From: Macrostomum lignano
Lineage: Eukaryota
Assembly (NCBI GenBank): GCA_002269645.1
Contig: NIVC01001921.1
Span: 157,433-221,432, forward strand
Direction: 5' to 3'
Length of the DNA stretch: 64,000 bases
Shown here: in pieces, positions 10,668-22,106 of the stretch
Layout: every line of letters begins with the position of its first letter
How positions within the stretch are numbered: the first letter of the stretch is position 1
The notes under the pieces: model-generated
Seen by the model: the letters and a program-made list of their open reading frames with translations, nothing else
Told to the model about the DNA's origin: nothing
Database searches by the model: none
Program-made: the position numbers and the translations under genes

Positions 10668-10914
10668 CTGCAGAGAGTCGCATGATTGAACCGCTCTTAA
10701 GCTTTGCACTGTCTGGAGAAACCAAACGCAGAGGTCAACTTCTTTTTTAGAAAATTTCTGGAGACAATTCGAATATTTCGGGACTGGGTGCAATCAAACT
10801 AGTTAAGCACGGGTTTGACCAAGGACTACTAAGTAGGAATGGCACAGCTCGACTCATTGGTTTTATTAATCTATTTTATCATTCTTAGCTGATGACTGTA
10901 ACAAAATGTGTTTT

Positions 10915-10941
10915 AGAGTGACGTCATTCAGAGTGACGTCA
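10915..10941. promoter_or_regulatory. Two tandem full CRE palindromes (TGACGTCA) in TTLL10 intron 1
   Basis: AGAGTGACGTCA occurs at 10915-10926 and 10930-10941. Confidence 0.4.
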
Positions 10942-10995
10942 AATTTCACGACAGCGCATCAAAGGCAATGGGTCACTTTCCTGACTCGTGCTCAC

Positions 10996-11144
10996 ATTTT
11001 TGCTCCGTACTGCGTGGCCAGGTAGCAGGAACAGGTGCGGCGTCCGCTGGCACCGCGACTGCTCCGAGGCGTCTTCCCGGCCATCGGCCGGTTTCTACCG
11101 GTGGACAGCCGGGTCAGCGGCTCTGCGGCGCCCTCGTCCTCCAT
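10996..11144 (-). CDS. TTLL10: TTLL10-like, exon 1 (probable start)
   Basis: ATG at 11144: MEDEGAAEPL..YLATQYGAK. GTGAGC donor at 10995. Joins exon 2 in phase to give YGAKIIREVMRRLNW. The three exons total 1632 nt (543 aa plus stop). An earlier start cannot be excluded. Confidence 0.7.
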
Positions 11145-12448
11145 GGCGTGAAGAGGCAGAATCTCTTCACTGCTCACTTAACTCAATTGGCCCTCTCTGA
11201 GTTCTGTCCAAGGCCTGTTACTTGTTGTAAACTTTAAGTATGGAGTGGGTTCCCACCCTCCTATCTATTCTTTCTCCTGTTAGTCAGTTCCCTTCTCATT
11301 TTGGTGGGGATTACTTAGCGAGGCGGAGTGACTGTGCGGGGGGCGGCTTTCGGATTGGCCTGCGAAAGAAGACAGAGCCAGGGAGAGATCGGAAGGGGGA
11401 GTTTCAGTGGGGGGGGGGCAGAGAAAATGACAGAGACGCACAGGCTTTGGCTCTCACAAGCGCTGCCCAGACATGCAGATATTTGAGATCGAAGCCAACC
11501 GGCTGCTCAAAATGGAAGGGCAGACATTTCACAGGGCAGTTTTTTACTGTCGCCATTCCCTAAGCAAGCGATCCGGCAGAGCCAGAGCACCAGAAACCAG
11601 ACAAACTTGCTCAGAAGAATGAGCTGAGCCAGCTCAGGCGTTGCCGGGCAGGCGGTAGGATAATTATCCCAATGCCAGCTGTCTCAAGAATCTGCAGAAT
11701 TCAGAGCGATTCGTTGTAAACCCTCGAGGGGGGGTTCGCTAAGATCTTTGAATTTTTTGTCAACTCTTAGTTTACCAAGATAACGCTAGCGAATCTTCAC
11801 TTGCTACTGGTAGTAGTGTAGCTAGGACGCAGCTTTTGACAAGCAGATTTTATTCCTTAAAATTTTTTTTATAACTACGTGCTTAGCTCGTAAAGTCCCG
11901 AAGGGTCCCATCGGACTGACTTCAAAGCACTGAAATTGGATTATGAAGTACGCAGATTTTTTATAGTCTACAATATCTCTTTAAGGCCTGTAATATCTCT
12001 TTTAGGTCTCAAATGCTACATCCCCTCTTGGAATGAAAATAGGTGAATTAATAGTTATGCTATGAATTAGTGACCCCAACCTTACTTCCAGATACATTTT
12101 TACACTCTGTAGTTGCATTGAAAAGTGCACAATGGAAATATTGTAACCATGCTGGACTCAGATGAGGCAATCCTCACTGATATAACCCGTTGCTGCCGTC
12201 AACCTGGCGTGCTTTTCCTGCTCACCTCGACTGAGGGTTCACTCATCAGAATTCCGACAAGCTTTTGAAAGGCGCGCGGGCTAAGGTAATTCCGGATTAT
12301 AGAATGGGAGTGGAAGGCTTGGGATAAAATCACGGGAGAACTGCTTAGGTGTTAGAAAACAGCTTATAGAGAGAGGAGAGCATGCAGAGAGAAGACGGAG
12401 AAACGAAGATTGGAATCGTAAAAGATTCAATAAAATCAGTTAAAATTT

Positions 12449-12462
12449 GTTGCCATGGTAAC
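12449..12462. promoter_or_regulatory. Canonical RFX X-box GTTGCCATGGTAAC
   Basis: Exact match to GTNRCC-N(0-3)-RGYAAC, about 1.3 kb upstream of the TTLL10 ATG. CATAGCAAC half-sites follow at 12644 and 12656. Confidence 0.7.
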
Positions 12463-12902
12463 CAGCTGGGGGATTTCGAAGAAAATACACTATTATTTGT
12501 TCCGTCAATTGATCCTTAAGCAACTCGACGACTGTCTTAGTCTCTGAATTGAGTTCCATAGACTCACCCGGGCCATGATGAACATGGGAACTGCTACCTG
12601 TTTCCTTTCCCTTCTCTCTCTCCCTCTTTCCAGCTTTTTTCTGCATAGCAACAGGCATAGCAACAGGCCTGTCGTCTCCAAGCGCCCTGCCAGCTCAAAA
12701 GTAACTGAAAACTGTTGGTGGCTGCACAGCTAGACTCAGCCTGAGTACTCTGGGCTATTATTTTCTTTCCAGCCTCCGCCCCCTCCATCTCTCTCTCTCT
12801 CTCTCTTTGTCGCTGAGTCTACTAAAAAGTTCCTTCGGGTTTTGGAATCTGTATTTTTTTGTCTGGTCACTAAAGATCTTCTCGCCGACTTGGTGCAGTG
12901 CG

Positions 12903-12905
<3 letters not shown>

Positions 12906-12975
<70 letters not shown>
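12906..12975. repeat. (GA)35 microsatellite
   Basis: Pure dinucleotide run. Confidence 0.97.
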
Positions 12976-12978
<3 letters not shown>

Positions 12979-13466
12979 ACCTATTTTTAATCTCATACAA
13001 TCGCTTGCCCTCCCCATACAAGCTTTTCTCTTCTTGCGTTACTTTGCTGCTGGGGCCCGGGGCTGCCTGTCTTTGCCCAGAGAGGACAGAGGAGAGAGAG
13101 AGGGTGATGAGGGAGAGAGGCTGCTGGGGAGCCAATAGAAGAAGAGGTTTCCTAGCCGAGGGTTGGACACTGGTAGTGAAAGACTGAGAGATGAGAGATG
13201 AGGGAGGCGGCTGGGCGCCAGAAAGCAGTTGACATAATCTTTCAAACATAAATAGCTCAATTTTTCTGTCTGGACTCGCTGCTTGTAAGATTAGCGAGCG
13301 CACCTCGCATAAAAAAGCTCATTTTTAGCGAAGCCTTGAGCCGCAGTGGAAATATTCGGTGAAATGTTTGTCCAAACCCACGCGCCCGAATGCAATCACA
13401 ACAGGAACAGAACTGGCATCTTCCTGGCTGCTCAGGTGAGCTGTGGTTCCGCACACGGGAGAGACT

Positions 13467-14080
13467 GAGAGTGAATGGATGAGAGTGAATGGGAGAGAGT
13501 GAATTGGAGAGAGTGAATAGGAGAGAGTGAATAACTAAAAAATAAATGACTGAGAGTGAATTGGAGAAAGTGAATAGGAGAGAGTGAATAGGAGAGAGTG
13601 AATTGGAGAGAGTGAATAGGAGAGAGTGAATGGCTGAGAGTGAATGGCTGAGAGTGAATGGCTGAGAGTGAATGGCTGAGAGTGAATGGCTGAGAGTGAA
13701 TGGCTGAGAGTGAATGGCTGAGAGTGAATGGCTGAGAGTGAATGGCTGAGAGTGAATGGCTGAGAGTGAATGGCTGAGAGTGAATGGCTGAGAGTGAATG
13801 GCTGAGAGTGAATGGCTGAGAGTGAATGGCTGAGAGCGAATGGCTGAGAGTGAATGGCTGAGAGCGAATGGCTGAGAGTGAATGGCTGAGAGTGAATGGC
13901 TGAGAGTGAATGGCTCGGAGTGAATAGGAGAGAGTGAATGGCTGTGAGTGAATAGGAGGGAGTGAATGGCTGAGAGTGAATGGCTGAGAGTGAATGGCTG
14001 AGAGTGAATGGCTGAGAGTGAATGGCTGAGAGTGAATGGCTGAGAGTGAATGGTTGAGAGTGACTGAGAGAGAGTGAATA
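13467..14080. repeat. 14-bp minisatellite GAGAGTGAATGGCT
   Basis: Homogeneous core with degenerate edge units (GAGAGTGAATAGGA, GAGAGTGAATTGGA). Confidence 0.96.
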
Positions 14081-14139
14081 TAAGGGTGTCGTAAGAATGT
14101 GAATGAATGTAGATGTAAGAGTGGATGTAAGAATGAAGG

Positions 14140-14310
14140 ATTGTGAAGGATGGCCAGGGGAGTGAAGGATGGCCAGGGGAGTGAAGGATGGCCAGGGGAG
14201 TGAAGGATGGCCAGGGGAGTGAAGGATGGCCAGGGGAGTGAAGGATGGCCAGGGGAGTGAAGGATGGCCAGGGGAGTGAAGGGTGGCCAGGGGAGTGAAG
14301 GGTGGCAAGT
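14140..14310. repeat. 19-bp minisatellite GTGAAGGATGGCCAGGGGA
   Basis: About 9 tandem copies. Confidence 0.95.
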
Positions 14311-14492
14311 GAGGGTACTAGGCTATGTAATAAATAGGTACAAATGCGCACGCCATGTCAGCGGAAGCAGAGACGGGCCAGAGACTCGGGCAGGCGGTTA
14401 AGCGGAAGGAGACACGTGTGGGGAGAAATCATAAAATCTGTCAAAGTTACGCTCATCAATCTGTGCTGTCATGCTGAAATGCAGCAGAATCT

Positions 14493-14509
14493 GGTTGCCA
14501 GTGGCAACC
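14493..14509. promoter_or_regulatory. Second X-box-type palindrome GGTTGCCA-G-TGGCAACC
   Basis: GTTGCC-AGT-GGCAAC fits the RFX consensus with a 3-nt spacer; perfect 8-bp inverted repeat. Confidence 0.4.
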
Positions 14510-14844
14510 GAAGCAGAAAATTCCTAGCTCTTGTTGACTTTGAGAAGCCACTACGCCTCTCTGAATTATTGTCTGAATAATTGCTAAGCGTATTTCTATC
14601 TACATTCTCTATTAGGGGTTGAGCTATTTTGAGCATTGATGAGGCCGCCTCACGGCTGCTGAGGGGTTTTGTCAAGCTGACGGGTCCGTGGAAGAGGGAC
14701 GAAAGTGAGCAGAGGCGGCAAAAACAAGTGACAGACAGAATGAAGACAATTAAACTTGGGAGAGATGTGCGTTGCTGGGCCATTGTACTAGTATTTAGGA
14801 TGGTTACGAGAAGGTCAGCCAGATTGACTGGTAGATTAGTAGGG

Positions 14845-16890
14845 ACAGGCAGAGGGCAGACAGACAGATGGCAGACAGGCAGAGAGGCAGAGGGCAGACA
14901 GGCAGAGGGCAGAGAGGCAGAGGGCAGAGAGGCAGAGGCCAGAGAGACAGAGAGGCAGAGGGCAGACAGGCAGAGGGCAGAGAGACAGAGACCAGAGAGG
15001 CAGAGGCCAGAGAGACAGAGGGCAGAAGGCAGAGAGGCAGAGAGGCAGAGGGCAGAGAGGCAGAGGCCAGAGAGACAGAGAGGCAGAGGGCAGAGAGGCA
15101 GAGGGCAGAGAGGCAGAGAGGCAGAGGGCAGAGAGGCAGAGAGGCAGAGAGGCAAAGGGCGGAGAGGCAGAGGGCAGAGAGGCAGACAGGCAGAGGGCAG
15201 AGTGCAGAGAGGCAGAGGGCAGAGAGGCAGAGGCCAGAGAGACAGAGAGGCAGAGGGCAGAGAGGCAGAGGCCAGAGAGACAGAGAGGCAGAGGGCAGAC
15301 AGGCAGAGGGCAGAGAGGCAGAGGCCAGAGAGACAGAGGGCAGAAGGCAGAGGGCAGAGAGACAGAGGCAGAGAGGCAGAGGGCAGAGAGGCAGAGAGGC
15401 AGAGAGGCAAAGGGCGGAGAGGCAAAGGGCGGAGAGGCAGAGGGCAGACAGGCAGAGAGGCAGAGGGCAGAGTGGCAGAGAGGCAGCGAGGCAGAGGGCA
15501 GAGGGCAGAGTGGCAGAGAGGCAGAGAGGCAGAGAGCAGAGAGGCAGACAGGCAGAGGGCAGAAGGCAGAGAGGCAGAGAGGCAGAGGGCAGAGAGGCAG
15601 AGGGCAGAGGGCAGAGAGGCAGACAGGCAGAGGGCAGAGTGGCAGAGAGGCAGAGGGCAGAGAGGCAGAGGGCAGAGAGGCAGAGGGCAGAGAGGCAGAG
15701 AGGCATAGGGCAGAAGGCAGAGGGCAGAGAGGCAAAGGGCAGAGAGGCAGAGGGCAGAGAGGCAGAGAGGCAGAGGGCAGAGGGCAGAAGGCAGAGGGCA
15801 GAGAGGCAGACAGGCAGAGGGCAGAGTGGCAGAGAGGCAGAAGGCAGAGAGGCAGAGGACAGAGAGGCAAAGGGCAGAGAGGCAGAGGGCAGAGAGGCAG
15901 AGAGGCAGAGGGCAGAGCGCAGACAGGCAGAGAGGCAGAGGGCAGAAGGCAGAGGGCAGAGAGGCAGAGTGGCAGAGAGGCAGAGGGCAGAAGGCAGAGG
16001 GCAGAGAGGCAAAGGGCGGAGAGGCAGAGGGCAGAGGCAGAGGGCAGAGAGGCAGAGGGCAGAGAGGCAGAGGGCAGAGAGGCAAAGGGCGGAGAGGCAG
16101 AGGGCAGAGAGGCAAAGGGCGGAGTGGCAGAGGGCAGAGAGGCAAAGGGCGGAGTGGCAGAGGGCAGAGAGGCAGAGGGCAGAGTGGCAGAGGGCAGAGA
16201 GGCAGAGGGCGGAGAGGCAGAGGGCAGAGAGGCAAAGGGCGGAGTGGCAGAGGGCAGAGAGGCAGAGGGCAGAGAGGCAGAGGGCGGAGTGGCAGAGTGG
16301 CAGAGAGGCAGAGGGCAGAGAGGCAGAGGGCAGACAGGCAGAGGGCAGAGAGGCAGAGGGCAGACAGGCAGAGGTCAGAGAGGCAGAGGGCAGACAGGCA
16401 GAGGAGGGGTAGAGGGCAGACAGGCAGAGGGCAGAGAGGCAGAGGGCAGACAGGCAGAGGTCAGAGAGGCAGAGGGCAGAGAGGCAGAGGGCAGAGAGGC
16501 AGAGGGCAGAGAGGCAGAGGGCAGAGACGCAGAGGGCAGACAGGCAGAGGTCAGAGAGGCAGAGGGCAGACAGGCAGAGGGCAGACAGGCAGAGGTCAGA
16601 GACGCAGAGGGCAGACAGGCAGAGGGCAGACAGGCAGAGGGCAGAGAGGCAGAGGGCGGAGAGACAGAGGGCAGAGACGCAGAGGGCAGACAGGCAGAGG
16701 TCAGAGACGCAGAGGGCAGACAGGCAGAGGTCAGAGAGGCAGAGGGCAGACAGGCAGAGGGCAGACAGGCAGAGGAGAGGTAGAGGGCAGACAGGCAGAG
16801 GTCAGAGAGGCAGAGGTCAGAGAGGCAGAGGTCAGACAGGCAGAGGGCAGACAGGCAGAGGGCAGACAGGCAGAGGAGGGGTAGAGGGGG
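14845..16890. repeat. Purine-rich compound satellite built from GGCAGAG / GGCAGAGA / GGCAGACA modules (~2 kb)
   Basis: 7- and 8-bp modules combine into ~15-bp units, with sub-domains of variant units (GGCCAGAGAGACAGAG, GGCAAAGGGCGGA, GGTCAGA). Confidence 0.96.
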
Positions 16891-16932
16891 CAGGCGAGAG
16901 AAAAATCACCCAATTCCGCCGTCTGTTCGCAG

Positions 16933-17082
16933 GAGTCGCTCACAGTCTACAGGCCAAAACAGGCAAACAGGGACTCTGACAGGGGACTGTCAAGGCAGCA
17001 CCAGCCGCCTCCCTCGCAGCAGCAGCAGAATTTTGCAGCTCATTCAGCACACGACCAAGTGGAGAGATTTATGCGGGAGAAG
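16933..17082 (+). CDS. Uncharacterised gene A, internal exon
   Basis: Acceptor GTTCGCAG and GT donor at 17083. 150 nt: ESLTVYRPKQANRDSDRGLSRQHQPPPSQQQQNFAAHSAHDQVERFMREK. Upstream exons unresolved (candidate 13329-13435). Confidence 0.6.
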
Positions 17083-17175
17083 GTGCCGGTTGCTACGCGT
17101 TCATACTCGTAATTAATTATTTGTGCCTGTTTGCTTCTTCATGCTCAAATCGTCCCCACCTTCCCCGCCTGGCAG

Positions 17176-17271
17176 ACTCTGCTGGAGCAGCTGCGCGTTC
17201 GAGACGCGCGGCGTGGCTTCGTCGGTAGTCGAGGATTGGAGAACTACCGGCTGAAGAGGATGCAGTCCTGC
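17176..17271 (+). CDS. Uncharacterised gene A, internal exon
   Basis: Acceptor CCTGGCAG and donor GTGAGC. 96 nt, phase 0/0: [32 protein letters not shown]. Confidence 0.68.
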
Positions 17272-17281
17272 GTGAGCTGCT

Positions 17282-17457
17282 TGTCTGTGTGTCTGTCTGT
17301 GTGTCTGTCTGTCTGTGTGTCTGTCTGTGTGCCTGTGTGTCTGTCTGTCTGTCTGTCTGTGTGCCTGTGTGTCTGTCTGTCTATCTGCCTGCCTGTCTGT
17401 GTGTCTGTCTGTGTGTCTGTCTGTGTGTCTGTCTGTGTGTCTGTCTGTGTGCCTGTG

Positions 17458-17532
<75 letters not shown>
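17282..17532. repeat. (TGTC)n/(TG)n microsatellite filling an intron of gene A
   Basis: Fills most of intron 17272-17565. Confidence 0.95.
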
Positions 17533-17533
<1 letters not shown>

Positions 17534-17565
17534 CACATGCTCATCCTCCCCGCCCGCACCCCCAG

Positions 17566-18099
17566 CTGGAGGGTATGAGGCTTCAACGCGAACCGACAGC
17601 CGCTTCGCTGGACTCGCCGAGGCTGCGAAATTCGCGCGCGGCCGCTGCGCCGCCGTTGAGTCGCCTGGTGACGGCGGCAGCGTCGCACTCGGCGGCGGAA
17701 CCGGCGGCCGGTCGGCAGCTGTGGCGCACTCGACGATCTCAGCTGCCCTTGACGGCCTCCTCGCTGTCGGAGCCGCCCGGGCAGCCCCAGCAGCAGCCGC
17801 AGCAGCTCCATCGGTCCTTTGCCCAGCCGCCTACCGTCAACCTCGGCGCCGATTTTCAGCAGCCGGCGCCGCTGCCAGCGCTGGCCAGGGGCGCCAGGCG
17901 GCAGAGGCGAGGCGGCGCAGAATTTGCGCCAGGCTCAAAAGCCACCCAGCAGCAGCAGCAGCAGAAGCTGTACTTTAGCAGCGGTGGCGGCGGCGGAGCT
18001 GTGGCAGGCATCGGCCAGCGGCTGTACAGAATGAGGAGCGGGCGGGAGCGCCTGAGGCAGCTCGGATTGAGGGGTGAGCAGTCATTTCACCTGGCTTAG
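17566..18099 (+). CDS. Uncharacterised gene A, last exon (disordered, Ala/Gln/Arg-rich)
   Basis: Acceptor CCCCCAG, in frame with the previous exon: [43 protein letters not shown]. Stop TAG at 18097-18099. Confidence 0.68.
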   Translation: MEGMRLQREPTAASLDSPRLRNSRAAAAPPLSRLVTAAASHSAAEPAAGRQLWRTRRSQLPLTASSLSEPPGQPQQQPQQLHRSFAQPPTVNLGADFQQPAPLPALARGARRQRRGGAEFAPGSKATQQQQQQKLYFSSGGGGGAVAGIGQRLYRMRSGRERLRQLGLRGEQSFHLA

Positions 18100-18556
18100 A
18101 GTCCTTAGTCCCCTGGCTTAGAGTCCTTAGTCCCCTGGCTTAGAGTCCTTAGTCCCCTGGCTTAGAGTCCTTAGTCCCCTGGCTTAGAGTCCTTAGTCCC
18201 TGGCTTAGAGTCCTTAGTCCCCTGGCTTAGAGTCCTTAGTCCCCTGGCTTAGAGTCCTTAGTCCCCTGGCTTAGAGTCCTTAGTCCCCTGGCTTAGAGTC
18301 CTTAGTCCCCTGGCTTAGAGTCCTTAGTCCCCTGGCTTAGAGTCCTTAGTCCCCTGGCTTAGAGTCCTTAGTCCCCTGGCTTAGAGTCCTTAGTCCCCTG
18401 GCTTAGAGTCCTTAGTCCCCTGGCTTAGAGTCCTTAGTCTCATGGCTTAGAGTCCTTAGTCTCATGGCTTAGAGTCCTTAGTCTCATGGCTTAGAGTCCT
18501 TAGTCTCATGGCTTAGAGTCCTTAGTCTCATGGCTTAGAGTCCTTAGTCCCCTGGC
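18091..18556. repeat. 22-bp minisatellite CTGGCTTAGAGTCCTTAGTCCC
   Basis: About 21 copies, with a block of TCTCATGGCTTAG variants near the 3' end. The first unit overlaps the gene A stop codon. Confidence 0.97.
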
Positions 18557-18888
18557 CCTAAGCATTCCATATGCTTAACGTGCCTACTCACTTAAGTAGT
18601 CTGTCTGGCCATCTGCCGAGATTCGCATCGGATTTTAATTAGCCTTAAATAAAAAGCAGAGAAAACTAAACATAACGCTTGAATACGCCGTACTATTTTA
18701 TTGATAATGAGCCGGCCCAGCTATCGATAATTAATTCTGCACTGATTACTGCATTTCCGAGTTTTCATGCATGATCGATGCGAGGTTCCGACCTCATAAA
18801 TAGATTGATTAGATAGGAAAGCTGGACTCCTTAAATAGAATTATGAATGGGTTTTAAGCATGAATATTAGGGATTATACACTTGGCTA

Positions 18889-19208
18889 GAGACTGGGGTG
18901 AGATTCGGTTGCTAATGGGTGAGATTCGGTTGAGACTAGGGTGAGATTCGGTTGAGACTAGGGTGAGATTCGGTTGAGACTAGGGTGAGATTCGGTTGAG
19001 ACTAGGGTGAGATTCGGTTGAGACTAGGGTGAGATTCGGTTGAGACTAGGGTGAGATTCGGTTGAGACTAGGGTGAGATTCGGTTGAGACTAGGGTGAGA
19101 TTCGGTTGAGACTAGGGTGAGATTCGGTTGAGAGTGGATGAGACTCGGTTGAGATTGAGGTGAGATTCAGTTGAGACTAGGGTGAGATTCGGTTGAGACT
19201 AGGATGAG
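18889..19208. repeat. 22-bp minisatellite GAGACTAGGGTGAGATTCGGTT
   Basis: About 14 copies. Confidence 0.96.
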
Positions 19209-19975
19209 ACTGGTTTCAGTCTCAGGTGATGCAGGATGCAGGACTATTAGTGAGTTAGCTCGCCAGTGAAGGCAAACGAAGTGCAGGATTTCCGCAGCTT
19301 GGCAAACAGACTGTCTGGTCCTGCTGTGTCCTGTGAAGCGAGTCAGTCAGTAATCTTGAGAGACGCAGAGAAACTAGCGGGTTCATTAAGGTGAGCTTGC
19401 AAGACTCAGCTTCATCTCAAAGGAATTTTTTGCACTGAACAGCGAGCTGAGGTGCTCAACTCGCCTGGGAATTCCCTGGCAAACTCGAAGTGAAAACAAG
19501 CTTTTCTTTTCACTTCCCTCGCAGTCTCTGTGTTGTCTCCGTCCCACTCGAATCTCGGGGGTGATTCTCATTCATCGCTGCTCATGCGGGCATCCGCTTG
19601 CACCTCGCATCCCCTCTTCTCTCCCTCTCTGACCTCCTCTTCCTATTCTTCCATTCCATGAGAGGCTGCAGGATTGCTGCGAAAATTAAATTCCTAGTTG
19701 CTGGGGCGGCCTCCGCCTTCCCCATCTGGGAGCTCAAATTCCAGCCATCCTAATTCATCCCATTCAGTTCTGGCTGAATCCCCGGTTGAGTTACTCAAGA
19801 TGGCAAATATTGGTTCAACTCAATCAAATCAAAGAAGACCTTTGTCTTTGTCAGCTTTTGCTCAGTTCGAGTGGCTGGAGCATATTTTATTGAGCTTTTC
19901 TTGAGAAACGGGATTTCCTGGAATTTCAAGATTTATCAGTGAGTTTTTGTTTTGAGTATTTTTTCCGCAGTCATT

Positions 19976-21160
19976 CATGAACTCAATCACCCCATGAACT
20001 CAATCACTAATGAACTCAATCACTCATGAACTCAATCACCCCATGAACTCAATCACTCCATGAACTCAATCACTAATGAAATCACTCACCCCATGAACTC
20101 AATCACCCCATGAACTCAATCACCCCATGAACTCAATCACCCCATGAACTCAATCACCCCATGAACTCAATCACCCCATGAACTCAATCACCCCATGAAC
20201 TCAATCACCCCATAAACTCAATCACCCCATGAACTCAATCACTAATGAAATCAATCACTCATGAACTCAATCTCTCATGAACTCAATCACCCCATGAACT
20301 CAATCACTAATGAAATCAATCACTCATGAACTCAATCACCCCATGAACTCAATCACCCCATGAACTCAATCACCCCATGAACTCAATCACCCCATGAACT
20401 CAATCACCCCATGAACTCAATCACCCCATAAACTCAATCACCCCATGAACTCAATCACTAATGAAATCAATCACTCATGAACTCAATCTCTCATGAACTC
20501 AATCACCCCATGAACTCAATCACTAATGAAATCAATCACTCATGAACTCAATCACTCATGAACTCAATCACTCATGAACTCAATCACCCCATGAACTCAA
20601 TCACTCATGAACTCAATCACTCATGAACTCAATCACCCCATGAACTCAATCACCCCATGACCTCAATCACCCCATGAACTCAATCACCCCATGAACTCAA
20701 TCACCCCATGAACTCAATCACTCATGAACTCAATCACCCTATGAACTCAACCACCCCATGAACTCAACCACCCCATGAACTCAACCACCCCATGAACTCA
20801 ATCACCCCATGAACTCAATCACTCATGAACTCAATCACTCATGAACTCAATCATTCATGAACTCAATCACCCCATGAACTCAACCACCCCATGAACTCAA
20901 TCACCCCATGAACTCAATCACCCCATGAACTCAATCACTCATGAACTCAATCACTCATGAACTCAATTACCCCATGAACTCAACCACCCCATGAACTCAA
21001 TCACCCCATGAACTCAACCATCCCATGAACTCAATCACCCTATGAACTCAATCACCCCATGAACTCAATCACCCCATGAACTCAATCACTCATGAACTCA
21101 ATCACTCATGAACTCAATCATTCATGAACTCAATCACTCATGAACTCAATCACTCATGAC
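19976..21160. repeat. 16/17-bp minisatellite ATGAACTCAATCAC(CCC/TC)
   Basis: About 70 copies, with recurring variant blocks (CACTAATGAAATCAATC, CCCCATAAACTC) that indicate higher-order duplication. Confidence 0.97.
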
Positions 21161-21936
21161 TCGCGCACTTCCGAACGTACTCATGAACTCACGACTTCAC
21201 CCTGTATTTATTTACATCTGCCTTCTACCATTCGCCAATAATGTATTCCTGTAGCAATTATGCTTAGCTGGCTAGCATTTCCTTGTTCCAATATTTCCAA
21301 CAAAATTCTCTCAAGTCTGACCGTAATTTTTGCTATTCGAGTGCCTCAGCTATCGCATATCAGTATCCCGAATCAACCGAATAAAGGCTGCGGGATAAAA
21401 TGAGACAAATTGGCGAGATCCCCAGTTGAGAGGAGACAGATCCCAACGGAATGCGCGAGTCCTTCTCTCTTCCTCTCTCTCTTCCTCATCATCAATACCG
21501 CATCGCCGACACAATGCCCGCAAGCACAGGCCGGATTTCGCTTCCCAACCCTCCCTCTCCTTCCCTCCTCATCCCAAGGTCCCCTCTTGGAGCCAATGGG
21601 ATCCGCTCGATGCCAAGGAGGGAATTCTGCAGAGAGATAGTAAGTGAGAGAGGGGGAGGTACGGCAGAGGCTGCCTGTCCACCTCAGGCTGAGGCCCCAG
21701 CCCTAGAGTGGGGAGGCAAAGGCCGGGCAGAGATGCAGAGGACACATGCAGAGGCAGGGGATGCATGATTGATATTTTACACCGCGGATAAATGCATGGG
21801 GGGAGGTGAAGGCCGAGTAGACAGACTCAGAAGAGTGACTCTGACAGCACAAAGCACAGCTGGCATCTCAGCCACGAGGGTCTGCGGCAGGCGCTTTCAA
21901 GTTTTCCTTTCGAGTTGCATTGCTAATTTTGACCAG

Positions 21937-22097
21937 CCGAGTGGCCAGCTGTGGCCCGAGAGACTGCTCGAAGCGCTCGATGTCCGAGTTCCTGTCCAAC
22001 ATCCGGACCCGGGTGTCCGCCGTTGTCAACGAAATGGCGACCGCCATCAGCCCGCGGCTTCAACGGCGAGGCTTCGCGGGCAACGCCGCTCCAGCTG
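21937..22097 (+). CDS. Uncharacterised gene B, first or early coding exon
   Basis: Acceptor TTTTGACCAG and donor GTGAGC (phase 1). MSEFLSNIRTRVSAVVNEMATAISPRLQRRGFAGNAAPA; the ATG near 21980 may be the start. Confidence 0.6.
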
Positions 22098-22106
22098 GTG
22101 AGCTGC

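Noticed and set aside
14469-16884. Long Arg/Gln/Glu-rich and Leu/Cys/Pro-rich ORFs on both strands
   Set aside because: Products of the GGCAGAG satellite; no splice or domain support.
18091-19208. Telomere-like TTAG/TAGGG words in two 22-bp arrays
   Set aside because: No tandem TTAGGG or TTAGG runs; the words are embedded in longer complex units.
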